A stretch of DNA of 64,000 bases, taken from NCBI RefSeq assembly GCF_009914755.1, contig NC_060942.1. One strand, 5' to 3'. The translations under genes and the position numbers were made by a program. The stretch is from the human T2T-CHM13v2.0 reference genome, Homo sapiens. The notes beneath the pieces were generated by a model. It had not been told where the DNA came from. It worked only from the letters and a program-made list of their open reading frames with translations, and ran no database searches. Position 1 is the stretch's first letter. Each line of letters begins with the position of its first letter. Below, in pieces: positions 1 to 16,882 of this stretch.

Positions 1-98
1 ACATATTTTTCTGGAGTGGCCTCAGTGCTGAATTACAATGAGGTTCAATGAGGGGAGCATAGGGTTATGGTCAGTGACCTCAAAGCCCTAACATTATT

Positions 99-398
<300 letters not shown>

Positions 399-470
399 AA
401 AGCTCTAACATTATTAGCACTGACACGGTTGGTTCTTCTTTCCGCCTTCTGCCTGTTTTCTGTTTGCCAG

Positions 471-674
471 AGGTCAATGTCCTGCCTTCTACAGACCCTT
501 CTTATGGCTACTTGCATTTAAATAGGGGATCCTGGAAGATGGGCAAGGTTTCTCAAGACCCAGGTCATGGCTTTTGCCAGTGGTGGAGGAGACTCTTTTG
601 GTCAAGGGACTTCCCTGAAATTACCCACGGGGTTGGGCCAGCATGGGTCCGAGTTTCAACAGTTCTCAGCTGAG
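471..674 (+). other. candidate non-coding exon
   Basis: CTGAC branch-like motif ~420, AG-free pyrimidine tract ending ttgccag at 470, donor GAG|gtatgt at 674/675; stops in all three frames. Confidence 0.3.
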
Positions 675-794
675 GTATGTTGAATCCTGCGGCAGCAGCA
701 CTTTGCCCCGTCGATTATGCTGTTGGAGAGTAAGCCTGGGTTAGGGTTCAAGTGCAGATGTGCAATGGGGAGGAGGTGGAGGAACAATATAAAT

Positions 795-1000
795 GCTAAT
801 AGCCACCATTTACTCAGTGTTTATTGTGTCAGCACTGGGCAAAGTACTTTATAAACATTCCCCCATGTGACTGATGATTAAATTATCTCTGTATAAACTC
901 TAGATTTATTTTATTCTCTTTATTTTTTTCCCCTGACTTGAAAATTAAAGCTTGCAGGTGATAAGTGATGAGGGCAGGATTTGAACCCAGGGAGTGGAGA
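795..1000 (-). mobile_element. MIR fragment
   Basis: MIR-like motifs (accatttactcagtg..., gggcaggatttgaacccagg). Confidence 0.6.
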
Positions 1001-1269
1001 GTGAGGAAACAGTCTAGTTACTGTAGCCACATCACTTGGGAGACTCATATTTGAAGATGCCTCCAACAGCATAACCAGAGCAAAGCGCTGCTGTGGGCTC
1101 CACCACACTTCAACCAAGAAGTGTTCAAACTCAGACCCATACTGGCCACACTTCACCATTGGCAAGCCATGACTCGGGTTGCTGGAAAACCTTGCCCATC
1201 TTCCAGGAACCTCTATTTAAAGAACACAAAGGGACAGTGTCACATATTGAAAAGAAGACAGACCACAAA

Positions 1270-1420
1270 GACTGATGTCTGGTTTAATCCCCATTCTGTG
1301 GCTTGGTAATGACCCAGGGCAAATTGCCTCCCTGAGCTTTAATTTTGTCATCTATAAAGTGGAGTGATAATCCCTATCTCACACAGAAGTAGTGTAGAAT
1401 AAAGGAGCTGGTGTATGGCA
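1270..1420 (+). mobile_element. MIR fragment
   Basis: MIR core-like ...gggcaaattgcctccctgagctttaattttgtcatctataaagtgga. Confidence 0.6.
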
Positions 1421-1639
1421 GGCAGGAAGCCCTCCTTGGCACTTAGGACTCTAGCTTCTGGTGGCGGGGATGTGGATAGGACTTCATGCTCTAATAATCA
1501 TGAGTAAGTGTCCTAGAGCACCAGTCACCAGGTCCTTGTGCATGCATTATCTCATTTGGCCCTTACCATAAGCCATCAAGCTATCTCTCTACTCTCTTTA
1601 ATTGCCCTGCTTGGGGCAAGAGTTGTTTACATTCAACCC

Positions 1640-2460
1640 TGTTCCCTCACTTCCATTTATACCTCAAACCGCTGGAATCTGGCTTGATCCCACCACTCTG
1701 TGGGCCAAGGTCTGGCCAAGGTCACCTATAGTCTGCTCCAGAGAAATTTGAGCTGAGCAGACACTTTTCAGTCCCTAGCTTCTTGGATTTCACGTTTGAG
1801 CATTCTTCCCTTCACTTCTAGGGTTTTCTTCCTGCTTCCCCAGGTGCTCCTCTGTCTCTTTCATGGGCTTCTATCCCTCTATGGCACCTTCCTTGTTCTT
1901 AATATTTTTGAAACTTGCCACGTTCTCTTCACTCAGCTGCTGGAGTAGTCTTCAGATCTGATGACGTCATTTCCCTGCTCTGTGAAACCACCCTTGGCTC
2001 TTAGCATCAAGACCACAGTTCTCATTCAACATGGCCCTGAGGCCCCTGCCTTCATGTGCCTTGCATCTCCAGTCTCATTTCAAAAATGAACTCATCCTTG
2101 GAATTCTCAGTTCCATCACAAGTAACTGAAATAGGTCACTCCCTCCATCCTCGGTCAGGTTTCCTATGCTTTGGCTCTTGCTGCCTCCTCTGCCTGGAAT
2201 GAATAAGCCCTGACCCTCCAGCCCACCCACCACCATTTGTCTGGCTACCTAGTCACCCTGGCCCAGCTGGGATGTGTCTCCTGTGTGTCCCACCAAAAAC
2301 CGTGTGCTACCACAATCCCAGTCCTTATCCCATGAGAAGCTGTCTCCTCTACTGGATGGCCTTGGGAGCAGGGCCAAGACTTGCTCAGCCCTGTGTTCTC
2401 AAGCCCCTAGAGCATGGTGCGGGGGCACCCAGGACAGATGCGCAATACATTTTACTAAAT
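1640..2460 (+). mobile_element. L2 3' region, highly diverged
   Basis: L2-type motifs (ctggaatctggctt, cctctgcctggaatg) and degenerate L2 3' end near 2450. Confidence 0.55.
1961..1970. promoter_or_regulatory. full CRE palindrome ATGACGTCAT
   Basis: exact motif match only; no functional evidence. Confidence 0.3.
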
Positions 2461-3114
2461 GGAGACTTACCTGCTTTGTACAGTCTGTGGCTTACAAGTT
2501 AAGCCTGATATAATTTGAATGGTTGGCCTTTAATATCAGAGAAATTAACTGGTTCCTCTAGAATATTGATTAACAGCCACTCCAAAGAGAGGATATATGC
2601 TCTGTCATGTATTATTTGTTGGTGGAAGGTTGCTAGGGTGGTGGATCAGAGGAAAAAATGTTTTTTAAGATACCCATCTCCCCAGCTTTCCTCTAATTCA
2701 TGCTATTTCTCCTCTTGCTAAGATAAAATGAAACCTTTGCCTTCTCTCTACTCTCCTTATTATCTATGAGTGCTGGTTGGAAGGATTTATTAGAGAAAGT
2801 GGTGAAATGCCCTACGCAATCCCAACATAGGACTCTCTCTAGGTTTAAGATGTGTAAAACTGCTTCTTTTTTGTTGCCTGTCCTAAACAGCAGGGAGATT
2901 CATTTAAGGAGAACAAGGCCTTCAGTACTTGTGGACTGAATCACAGGCACCAAGGCCTGCTAACTCCTAGGTGTCCCCCAATTCTGCAGGTTCTGCCTCT
3001 CCTTGCCCACCTCCTATGCCCTAAATTTCCAAATGGTACAGCTCATTCCTCCCCAAAAGTCCCCAGTCAGCTCCTGCTCTATAGAAGTAGCTACCAACCC
3101 AGGCTGTGCTGTAG

Positions 3115-3400
<286 letters not shown>

Positions 3401-3829
3401 CCCTCATGGGAGCTCTTTATGGTTATTGGTGATGTACGTCCCCTAGTAGACTGTCTGCCTCTGAAGGATGTCTATAGCATAGACCAAAATGACCACAGCA
3501 TTGTTCTTAGTAACTATTAGTTATATTGAATTCAATGGAAACCTCAGCTGCTTCTGGATTCTCCTGGGTTGTCCAGGAGTTGAATCCATCCTTTCCTCCT
3601 CCATGCTGGGCACCTTTCCTCTTTTGCCCTGATAATTCACCCTTCATGAGGTGGGCTGCACCAGCTGCAGTAGGTCTAGTTTGGCTCAAATATTAATTAC
3701 AAGATTGTTTTGTGGGCCTACGAATGCACTTGAAGTGGTTCAGGCCAACATAGATGAGAATACAAAAGCCATGAACTGAACACTGCTTTGCAAATAGATT
3801 GATCAATTGATGGACCTCATAAGTTTTGT

Positions 3830-4452
3830 TTTAAATTTTTTTATTGATACATAATAGATGTACCTATTTTGGGGAGTACATATGATAACTTAATACATTC
3901 ATAGAATTCACAAAGATCAAATCAGTGTAATTGGGATATTCATCACCTTGAATACTTTTCTTTATGCTAAAACATTTGCTTTATTCCCTTCTAGCTATTT
4001 CAAAATATACAACAGATTATTGTAAACCATAGTCACCTTACTGATCTATCAAACACCAGGTCTTATTTCTTCTATCAAACTGTATATTTGTACCCATTAA
4101 TCAACCTCTCTTCATCCCCCCACCTCCTCCCCTTTCAGCCTCCAGTAACCACCAGTCTATTCTCTAACTTCATGAGATTTATGTTTTTAGCTCCCAAATA
4201 TGAGTGAGAACATGTGATATTTGCTTATCCATGCTTGGCTTATTTCACAACACAGTGACTTCCAGTTCCATGCCTGTTGCTGCAAATGACAGGATCTCAT
4301 TCTTTTTCATTGCTGAATAATATTCCATTGTGTATACATCACCTTTTCTTTATTCACTCATCCATTGATGGATACTTAGATTGATTCTATATTTTAGCTA
4401 TTGTGAATAGTGCTGCGATAAAGATGGGAGTGCAGATATCTTTTCCATATAT
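3830..4452 (-). mobile_element. L1M (L1MA/PB-type) 3' end
   Basis: typical antisense L1 3' UTR/ORF2 end (tatgagtgagaacatg, gctattgtgaatagtgctgc). Confidence 0.9.
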
Positions 4453-4625
4453 TGAAACTTACAGATGTTATCCTAAAAAGTTAAAAGCCTCCCCTCAGTC
4501 TAAACTGCTTTGACATCTGGAACTTCCTTTTTCAAACCCAAAGCTGCCTGTCATAATCCCAACTGATTCCTACTGCTTGTCTTTAAATTTTCCATCCCAA
4601 TAGGCCACCAGCCCTTCTGCTATAA

Positions 4626-4937
<312 letters not shown>

Positions 4938-5206
4938 ATACTCGCACATTCTTAAGTCCCTACTCTTTCCTGGCATTCCTCCCTTACCTAGAATGGGTTT
5001 CTCATCACCAAAAGCATCCTACCCACTGTTCAAGGTCAAATTCAAATGTCAACTCCTGGGTGTCCCCAGCCAGAAATGATTCCCTTCTCATTTGTTCTTC
5101 TAAGATAACTATTTTCTTGCCATTTAATTATTCTTCACTCAGTAAACATCTATTGAGCACCAAATATGTGCCAGGTTCACTTATCCATCCTCTCACTCCG
5201 TATGCT

Positions 5207-5513
<307 letters not shown>

Positions 5514-5566
5514 ACTCCATATGCTACTATAATTATTTGGTTCTTATATGAGGGGAGGAGATGAAT

Positions 5567-5598
5567 TTTTCTTTCTTTCTTTCTTCCTTCCTTCCTTC

Positions 5599-5653
<55 letters not shown>

Positions 5654-5699
5654 TTTCTTTCTTTCCTTCCTTCCTTCCTTCCTTCCTTCTTTCTTTCTT

Positions 5700-5737
<38 letters not shown>

Positions 5738-5790
5738 TCCTTCTTTCCTTCTCTCTCTCTCTCATTCTTTCTTTCTTCCTCTTTCTTTCT
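5567..5790. repeat. (TTTC)n/(TTCC)n polypyrimidine microsatellite (Alu tail)
   Basis: ~220 bp almost purely pyrimidine on +. Confidence 0.95.
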
Positions 5791-6068
5791 CAGAGTCTTG
5801 CTCTGTTGCCCAGGCTGGAATGCAGTGGCATGATCTTGGCTCACTGAAAGCTCTGCCTCCCGGGTTCATGCCATTCTCCTGCCTCAGCCTCCCGAGCAGC
5901 TGGGACTACAGGCACCCACCACCACGCCCGGCTAATTTTTTTTGTATTTTTAGTAGAGATGGGGTTTCACTGTGTTAGCCAGGATGGTCTCGATCTCCTG
6001 ACCTCGTGATCTGCCTGCCTTGGCCTCCAAAACAGCTGGGATTACAGGTATGAGCCACCGCGCCCAAC
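5791..6068 (-). mobile_element. AluY
   Basis: Y diagnostics gttagccaggatggtctcgatctcctgacctcgtgatc, ttcatgccattc. Confidence 0.93.
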
Positions 6069-6534
6069 CAAATCTTGTTTCTTTTACTATCCCCCCCAAG
6101 CCCTTCTTTCTAAGAACAGTGCTTTTCATATGGTTGTGTGCAACAATGTAGTTGACTGAATTGCGTGTTGTTGAATGTGGTCTTGGCAGTGTGAACTGCA
6201 CACATGTTTTTTCTGGATATGGGTAATGGTATTTATTTTGACCTATCAAGGCTCTGTAAGGCACAACACCTACAGAAGTTTGAGAAGTGACTTCAGAATG
6301 AAGGGAACCTCCAGTAAGAACACAGAGTGCCACCCTGCAAATCCTTCCAGCGGCGCCTACAGTGGATGAGAAACATCTTCTCCAGAGTCCACCTCAGACG
6401 TGAAGATCTGAGTTGTTTGGTCACCAATCACGATGACTTCGCCACCGCCCTGCCTCCACTCTCCACTCACCTCATGTGAATTGTGTGTGGCTCTTCCTGC
6501 CAAGGTCAATGCTCTACCTGAACCCACGTTGGCT

Positions 6535-6854
<320 letters not shown>

Positions 6855-8100
6855 ATATTGTCTGATGTTCTGATTTGAGTCGTTGGAGTGTTCCCCACTG
6901 GACTCGTGTGCACGTGTGGAGCATGGGTGCAGCCCTCCACAAGTCTGTTCTGGGGATGGCTGAAATCCCCCCAGACTCTCTTGCCAGACATCTCCTGTGG
7001 ATTACCTCTGCTTGTCTTTCTCTTGACCTTTTGCTGGTCATCAAAGGGTTTTCTGGCAAGGTGTTTGCTTTCTCAGTGACCAACTGAGAGCTGCTATTTG
7101 GTTTCCTGAGAACTAGATTAGGATTTTTCTAACTTTTAGAAAGGACTCCCAAGCCCATTTTTTCTGAAAGGCTAAACAGAAATCCCTCACTAACACTGAT
7201 TTCAAATTCAGAACACAACAAATTCCCAAGCTCCACACCTTTCACAAGGTCTGTCTCACGTTTACAAGAGCAAGTTCTGCCTGTCTTTTTCCTTGGCCAC
7301 TTGGATAGCACTTTCAGCCCTATCAGGGACTTGTCAAGGTGAAGAGAATGAAAGATTGAGTGAGAGACATAGTGTGAAACTACAACAAAAGCTGGGAGAA
7401 ACGGAATGTTGCTGAAGGGAAGGTGGCTTTGTGCAAAATGTAATTGCTGTGGGAAACGGTTTTTACAAAGTCAAGATGAATTGGTGTGTTAGTACAGAGA
7501 TTTTTTTTTTCTTTTACAAATGATCCAGGAAAATGGATTTTTAAAATGTAAACATTCCCTTGTAGTATTTACAGCTTCTCTAATATAGGAGGACAAAGGT
7601 CTCAGAGCTTAAAGTAAAAAATGCAGGAACAGGGAGATAACAGCTCTTTTACAGTTTGATTGTAATCTAAATATAACAAGAAAATCACTCTAAACCTAAG
7701 ACATCGTGATGAATAAATATCTGGGTAAGGAGATTATTGAGTCTTTTTTCTTTTTCCTTACTTTTTCTTTCCTAAGGAGTTTTCTTTCTTTGAGAAAGGC
7801 CTTTGGTGATGAAGATAAATAGTGGTTGAATGAAAAGCCAGTGTTGGGCTTTGCTGATAGAGGGTTTTGGGGAAATGATTTGTCAGGGCAGAGAAGCTAA
7901 TAGATGAAATGTGAAACCTCAGAGATCACCTGGTTCAATCCTTCATTTTACACATAAGAGCACTGAATCCAGGCAGGTATGATTTGAGAAGGCACGAAGC
8001 CTCATCTCACGACATTTCAGGACCCACCTGTGTCCTATATGACACATAAGAAATACACTTATTTTTCTACCAAACTGGTGTCCTAATTAAAACCTCCTAT

Positions 8101-8425
<325 letters not shown>

Positions 8426-8470
8426 CTAGGGAAGAAATCCTTGAGTTACTTCCATAATGACTTCTATTCT

Positions 8471-8723
<253 letters not shown>

Positions 8724-8888
8724 CAGATTTTCAGTTTGCCAATAGAAAATCTGTTATTCAGGGAAGGTCATTATTGTCCTGGGCATCTAGTTCCATGTTT
8801 AGTGAATTTTGGCTATGCTGGTTCTCACTCTTGTTGATCCTTGAGAGGTTTCTGTGCCTTGAGGTTTTGCTCCCAACCCCTAGTCCTT

Positions 8889-9532
8889 TGTCTTAGTCAG
8901 TTTCAGCTGATTTAACAGAGTTATCCCATACACTGGGTGGCTTACAAACTACAGAAATTTATTTCTCACAGTTCTGGCCACTGGAAAATCTGAGATCAAG
9001 GTGCCAGCAGATTCGGGGTCTAGGGAGGGCCTGCTTCCTGGCCCACATCTGGCCGCCTTCTCACTGGATTCTCACATGGTAGGAAGTACTCTCTGGGCCC
9101 CTTTTCTTTTCTTTTTTTGTTGAGAGGGAGTCTTGCTCTGTCACCCAGGCTGGAGTGCGGTGGCGCGGCCTGGGCTCACTGCATCCTCTGCCTTCTGGTT
9201 TCAAGCGGTTCTCCTGCTGCAGCTGGGATTACAGGCGCCCGCCACCACGCCTGGCTGATTTTTTGTATTTTAGTACAGACCGAGTTTCACCGTGTTGCCC
9301 AGGTTGGTCTCGAGCTCCTGAGCTCAGGCAATCCGCCCCTCTCGGCCTCCCAAAGTGCTACGATTACAGGCGTTAGCCACTGCTCCCAGCCACTGGGCCC
9401 CTTTTGTAAGGGCACTGATCCCATTCATGACCAAATCACCTCCCAAAGGTCCCACTTCCTAATACCATCACATTGGGGATTAGGATTTCAACATACAAAC
9501 TTTGGGGAGACACAAGCATTCAGTTCATTGCA
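8889..9532 (-). mobile_element. MLT1A-type MaLR solo LTR, split by an Alu
   Basis: TG..CA ends; gaaatttatttctcacagttctgg, atcacctcccaaagg, taccatcacattgggg motifs. Confidence 0.85.
9106..9391 (-). mobile_element. AluS
   Basis: 13-bp TSD ctgggcccctttt at 9093-9105 and 9393-9405. Confidence 0.95.
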
Positions 9533-9565
9533 TTGCATTGCCCCAAGGTCTCACCGCCTCCATAG

Positions 9566-10482
<917 letters not shown>

Positions 10483-10609
10483 TGTGTCTGATTTATTTCT
10501 GCATCCCTGTATTTAACCAAGGGTGAGTGTTTAAGAGATGTTTGTTGCATGAAGTGATGCTCAGTGGCCATTTGCATCTGTAAAAAACAAAACAAAACAA
10601 AACACTTGC

Positions 10610-10938
<329 letters not shown>

Positions 10939-12380
10939 TAATGAAGCAGTCATTGAGCCCATCCTATGAGTGGGTGCCAGAGTAGTACTAGACATGCAGT
11001 CCCCACTCTCAAGGAACTTCCGGTTAACTAATATGACAAATAGAATTGGATAACTTAATCAAAGTGTGCTGACCAGTGCTGGCCTCACGGGGACTAGACC
11101 TTCATCTTCATCAGAGGCACATTGGGAAAAAACCAATGCATGAAAGTCATGTTGGATGTTGTGGCCATTGATAAAGTACAGTTAGCATTAGGTACAGTGC
11201 AGGTGAAAAATAATGGTTGGTCTAGCCATTCAGTGCCTAGTTGTGTTATATCCTTTGTGTATCTCAAAGCATTTTTTGTGCAGGGGAGAAAAAGACTCAG
11301 AGCTTTCAAATCAAAGAACTTGGCATCTCAGACAGTTTCCGAATGTCTCCCCTTGGTTATGAAGACAACTTCTTGTCTCCTGAGTCCTTCTCTGTTAACA
11401 ATCTTCAAGAAATTGTCTAAACGAGTTGCCTGGGATGTGGGCGTGATGGCTTGGGGGGGTATGTGAGTTTATGTCCTCCTAAATGGACTGCCCTTGACAA
11501 GAGATGCATTGTGTGACACCAGCAGCTAAACTTGTAAAACGTGTTCGAAGCTCAAAATGTATCATGTTTTACCTGAGAAAATAAGCGATGGTATGACATG
11601 TGTTGGAGAAGGCACCCTGCTGCCTCTGCAAAATAGTACAGTGGAGAGCGAATTCTGTCCATGCCTTGCCAGCTTTCAGGAGGGAGATGCAGGCAGGGGG
11701 TTCTTTGTTTGCTCAGCACCTCACGCCAGGCCATGCCCGTGACAGCCCAAAACGCAACTGTGAATAGAAAGTCTATCACAAGGGTTCTCAAATACGAAAG
11801 TCGAGTTGGAACAAAGAGCAGGCACCAGCCAGTCTTCCTCTGTTAAAGATTATCCAACGCGTCACCTGGGTGCCAACGTTCCCATAAATCCCAGCAGCTA
11901 TAAGCAGCTCTGTCTCACCTAGTGTAACTGAATGGCGTTGAAACCCTGCCGGGGACCTCGTGGCATTCCATGAAACGACCTCATCACAGGGGAATGAACT
12001 TTATCTTGAAGGCTGTAAGTGTGTTTGCTTGAAAGATGATTTACCACGCTCAACAATGACCAAATTTCCTAAATTAAACCTGATCCTCATGTTATAACTC
12101 TGAATTTCACAATCTCATCAAGAGGAATAGATCAGCTAGGGAAGTGTAAATCTCTCTGGGATGGCCTTTCAGTGAATCGGAAGGCTGATTCCCAGTTGGG
12201 CAGAAGCAAAGGCAGGAGGGTTTCACACTGGGGACAAGCAGAAAGCAGTGCCTGTCAGAGTAACAGGTTGAGGGAAGCTCCCTCCCAAACTCTGCTCCAT
12301 CTTCCTCCCTCTAGGTCCTAATTTTTTGTCTGTTTTTCTTTTAGGAAGTGAGGCTTTCAAGGGTTCATGATTTGTGATAG

Positions 12381-12686
<306 letters not shown>

Positions 12687-13202
12687 CCTCTTCTCCCTTT
12701 TCTAGGCCAGTAGGAGAAGCCACTCACTGTGGGCAGCAACTGCACGGACCTCTTAGAGTGGCCAGAGCCCTCCCCAGCTCCGTCTTCCTTACTCTCTTTG
12801 CTCAGTCCCCAGTGGCTTCCAAACATACAGCCTGGTTCTGAGAGGAGAACGGCCCACATCCCTTGCTGAAATTTCTCCCCTTTGCTCTAATTTCTCCAGG
12901 GCACTTACAATCCTGTTAAAGGATAGGGACTAATCCATGGAAACCATTTGGGAACACATAGAAGACAATAGAGTTCAAAAGAGGTCAGGAGGCAGGGTGC
13001 GACATATTCTGAAAGACTGTACAGAAGGTAATCTTTGAGACTCCAGCAGTGAGTATGGCTTGGACAGGTAAAGAGAAGGCATTTTAGATGAGGGACATGT
13101 CATGCCGTAGATAGATGGCAGGTACACGCTAGTTTTCTAGACCTCGATCTTTTGTGCTGTTTTGTTGAAACTTGTGCCAGAGCTGCGTGGTTTAAAAGTA
13201 AG

Positions 13203-14136
<934 letters not shown>

Positions 14137-16784
14137 TCAAAGCCCCGTGCTTCTGGAATTGGGCAGCTGGTCTCAGGGAGAAGCTGGATCTGAGGACCAC
14201 AGAGGTGTCTTCCAGCTCTAGAACCTTCAACATGCATAGCCATGAGTGTGATTGGACCCTGGGTGCCCTATGGACTTTCTACTGACCTGAGGTCACTTAC
14301 CTTTCTTAGCTGATGAGGCTGTTTGTTACAGAGGACAGCAAGGATTTCAGAGTCAGACACAGCTGGGAGGAAATTCTGACTGTACTCTTACAAGTTTGGG
14401 CTATCTTGGATACGTGACCAACTTAAACGCTTTGCAAAATCAGAATAATGATGCCCTTTTTCCAGAGTTAATTTGCGGGAAAATATGAGGTAATATATAA
14501 AATTCCAGGGCCTCCATAAATGCTGGTTTCCTTTTTTCTTCCCATTTCACTCTTCTGGAGGGATTTTTTTCCTTCTCTAAACCTTTACTTCGCCTAGCTG
14601 GCACTTCCTTTCTCACTTCCCCCCCCCCCACCCCAAATTGTCCCTGGTCTCCGTCTGAAGGGCCCAAGTGTGTGTACGGAAAGATTAAGCTGCCCTTTTT
14701 ATAAAGGAGAAATGTATTCAAAATGGGGCACATCAAAAGTAAATGTAGGTGACAAATGTTTATATTTGGAAAGTGTTTCTGCTTTGATCCTGGTTTCTAT
14801 TTTTTTGAGAGTTTGACAAATGTGCCCTCTGGGCCTTGGCGTCAAACATCTTCAGTCACCAGAGCACTTTACTTGACGGGAAACTCATTTGATCCTGTAC
14901 TTGCTGCTCCCCACAATCTGGGAGAGTCGAAGTCACAGAATAGAACTCCCCTTGTCTTCCTGTCGTGCAGCCCAGAGCCATTGTGGCTGGGCCAGGGATG
15001 GGCCATGCCTGCTTCTCTGAAGTCTTGCTCTTGGGACTGCAAAGCCAGAGACTGATGGAGGCCATCCCTGGCTCCTTTCTCTGAAGTATACTTGGCCATC
15101 ACGAGTGGTTCCCTGACATCCTCTGCCTCCCTGCCTCCTCCATGAGCTCACATTGAGCTTTTTCTGAACAACCTCTGACCCAGCCACTTTTGAAGATGCC
15201 AAAGGTGATTTCCCAAGGGGAACTTCAGGGGCGGTTGCGTGGCATTGAATGCTGAGGAAAGTCTCCATACAGTCAGCTGATTTTTCCAGGGTTTCTTGCC
15301 AAGTGTTGCCCAATCCTTGCAGGCAGGTTATAAAGAGGCTCCATGTGTGCGGTGGCTCAGCGTGGCAAGGGTGTGCCACAGCCTCGTGTTGTTTTCAACA
15401 CTCCAGTCAGGAGGACGTGTGGCCGGCTGCACTGCTGATTTTCGCTGGGAGGTCTCCTTATTCACAAAGTGGTTTCTTTCAGTCCAGACTGATTTCTTCC
15501 TACTTTTGGACCTGTGACCTGAAAACAGGAAAGAAGGCTACTGGGATAGTATCCACTATTTCTGCCGGGGTCACTGTCCAACCAAGTAAAACAGGACCCA
15601 CTCTGAGTATTTCCAACAGAGGGACTGCTGCCATGCCAGGAACTGGTTATGTGGGGGAAGGGATGGTTGAGAAGCCAAATGGGACAGTGAGACAACAGAG
15701 AGGTTGGCTGCCGTAGGAAGCCACTGCCACGCAGGCTGGAGGGACAGAGGAGGAGGTTGTACTACTTGGGTGTAGGCACTGGGGTCACCTAGCAGAGGCT
15801 GGGACCGCCGTGGGTCCATCTCTCAGGAGCTTGAGCCCTGGACAAGATGCATCCTCTACAGTGGTGATGGAGCGGGGAGAAAGGTTCCTCCTTTTCCTCC
15901 CTATCTCCCACCATTGGGCATTGCTAAATCTGGACAGAAGCCATTGATACAAGTCCTGGGAAACAGCCTGCAGGGGCGGCCACTGACTCCCCAAACAGCA
16001 AGGAACGGTGAGGAGGTTTTTTGGTCCCCCTGCTGCTTAGAAGTCTGCTCTGGGACTTCTTCCTTCTCTGAAAACCAGAAAGCAGTAGTAGGAGGGGAGA
16101 AGGCTGGGATTCTGCAAAGAAAATGGCATAAATGGCCTATGCACAGCACAGTCAGAGCTACCCTCCCGTGTGGGGGTGCCTGGCAGGCCCCGCTGTTCCC
16201 ACAGCACCGCTCATCCCTAAATGACTCTGTGGCTCTCTCACCAGTAGCTGTGGCCTACTGCTCCTTTCTCTGAAATGCTGGCATAAGCAGGTGGCATTTC
16301 CAAGAATGCTCTGGGCTGGGATTAGCAGGCTATAAATTCCCTCAGGGGTCATGGAGAAATGTGCCTCTTACATGTCTCAGTAACTAAGAGCCTCCCTTGT
16401 TTGGCTCCGTATGGTACATGCTAGGTTGTGGTGATGCTGTGGGTATGAGAACATGGCTGATTCTGGAAATCTCCAGCTTAGTCCACAACTCTTACATGAT
16501 TGCTCTTATGCGGCTTTACAGACACTGCCTTCTTATCTCTATGCGTCTTGTGAGAATATATTTTTTGACAATTGGAGGTTGCTAAGCAACTCTCTGGAAA
16601 TGTGGGCCTGCAGATTTTATGCTTCTGGGTCACCTTGGGAAAGATGTGCCGCTGCTGTGGGCCTCGGTTCTCTCTGACAGATGGAAGAGTTATAGAAGCT
16701 TTCATTTCTTCACGTGAAAAACGGGTTGTGGCAATGTAAAATGGGACCAGAGATTTCAAAATATTTTGTAAATTGCTCATGCTT

Positions 16785-16882
16785 TTTTAAAAAATTTGAG
16801 ATGGGGTCTCACTATGTTGCCCAGGCTGGTCTTCAATTCCTGGGTTCAAGCAATCCTCCCACCTCAGCCTCTCAAAGTGCTG
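16785..16882 (-). mobile_element. Alu left-monomer fragment
   Basis: gagatggggtctcactatgttgcccagg...caaagtgctgg. Confidence 0.85.

Noticed and set aside
2465-2735. Minus-strand exon 2717-2471 (tttcattttatcttag| ... CAG|gtaagt); isolated donors at 6469 (-) and 56421 (+)
   Set aside because: Isolated splice-like motifs are expected by chance in 128 kb of both strands; no linked gene structure
5533-5847. K/E/R-rich and F/L/S-rich ORFs here and at 41528-41935 and 56947-57459
   Set aside because: Translations of polypurine/polypyrimidine microsatellites
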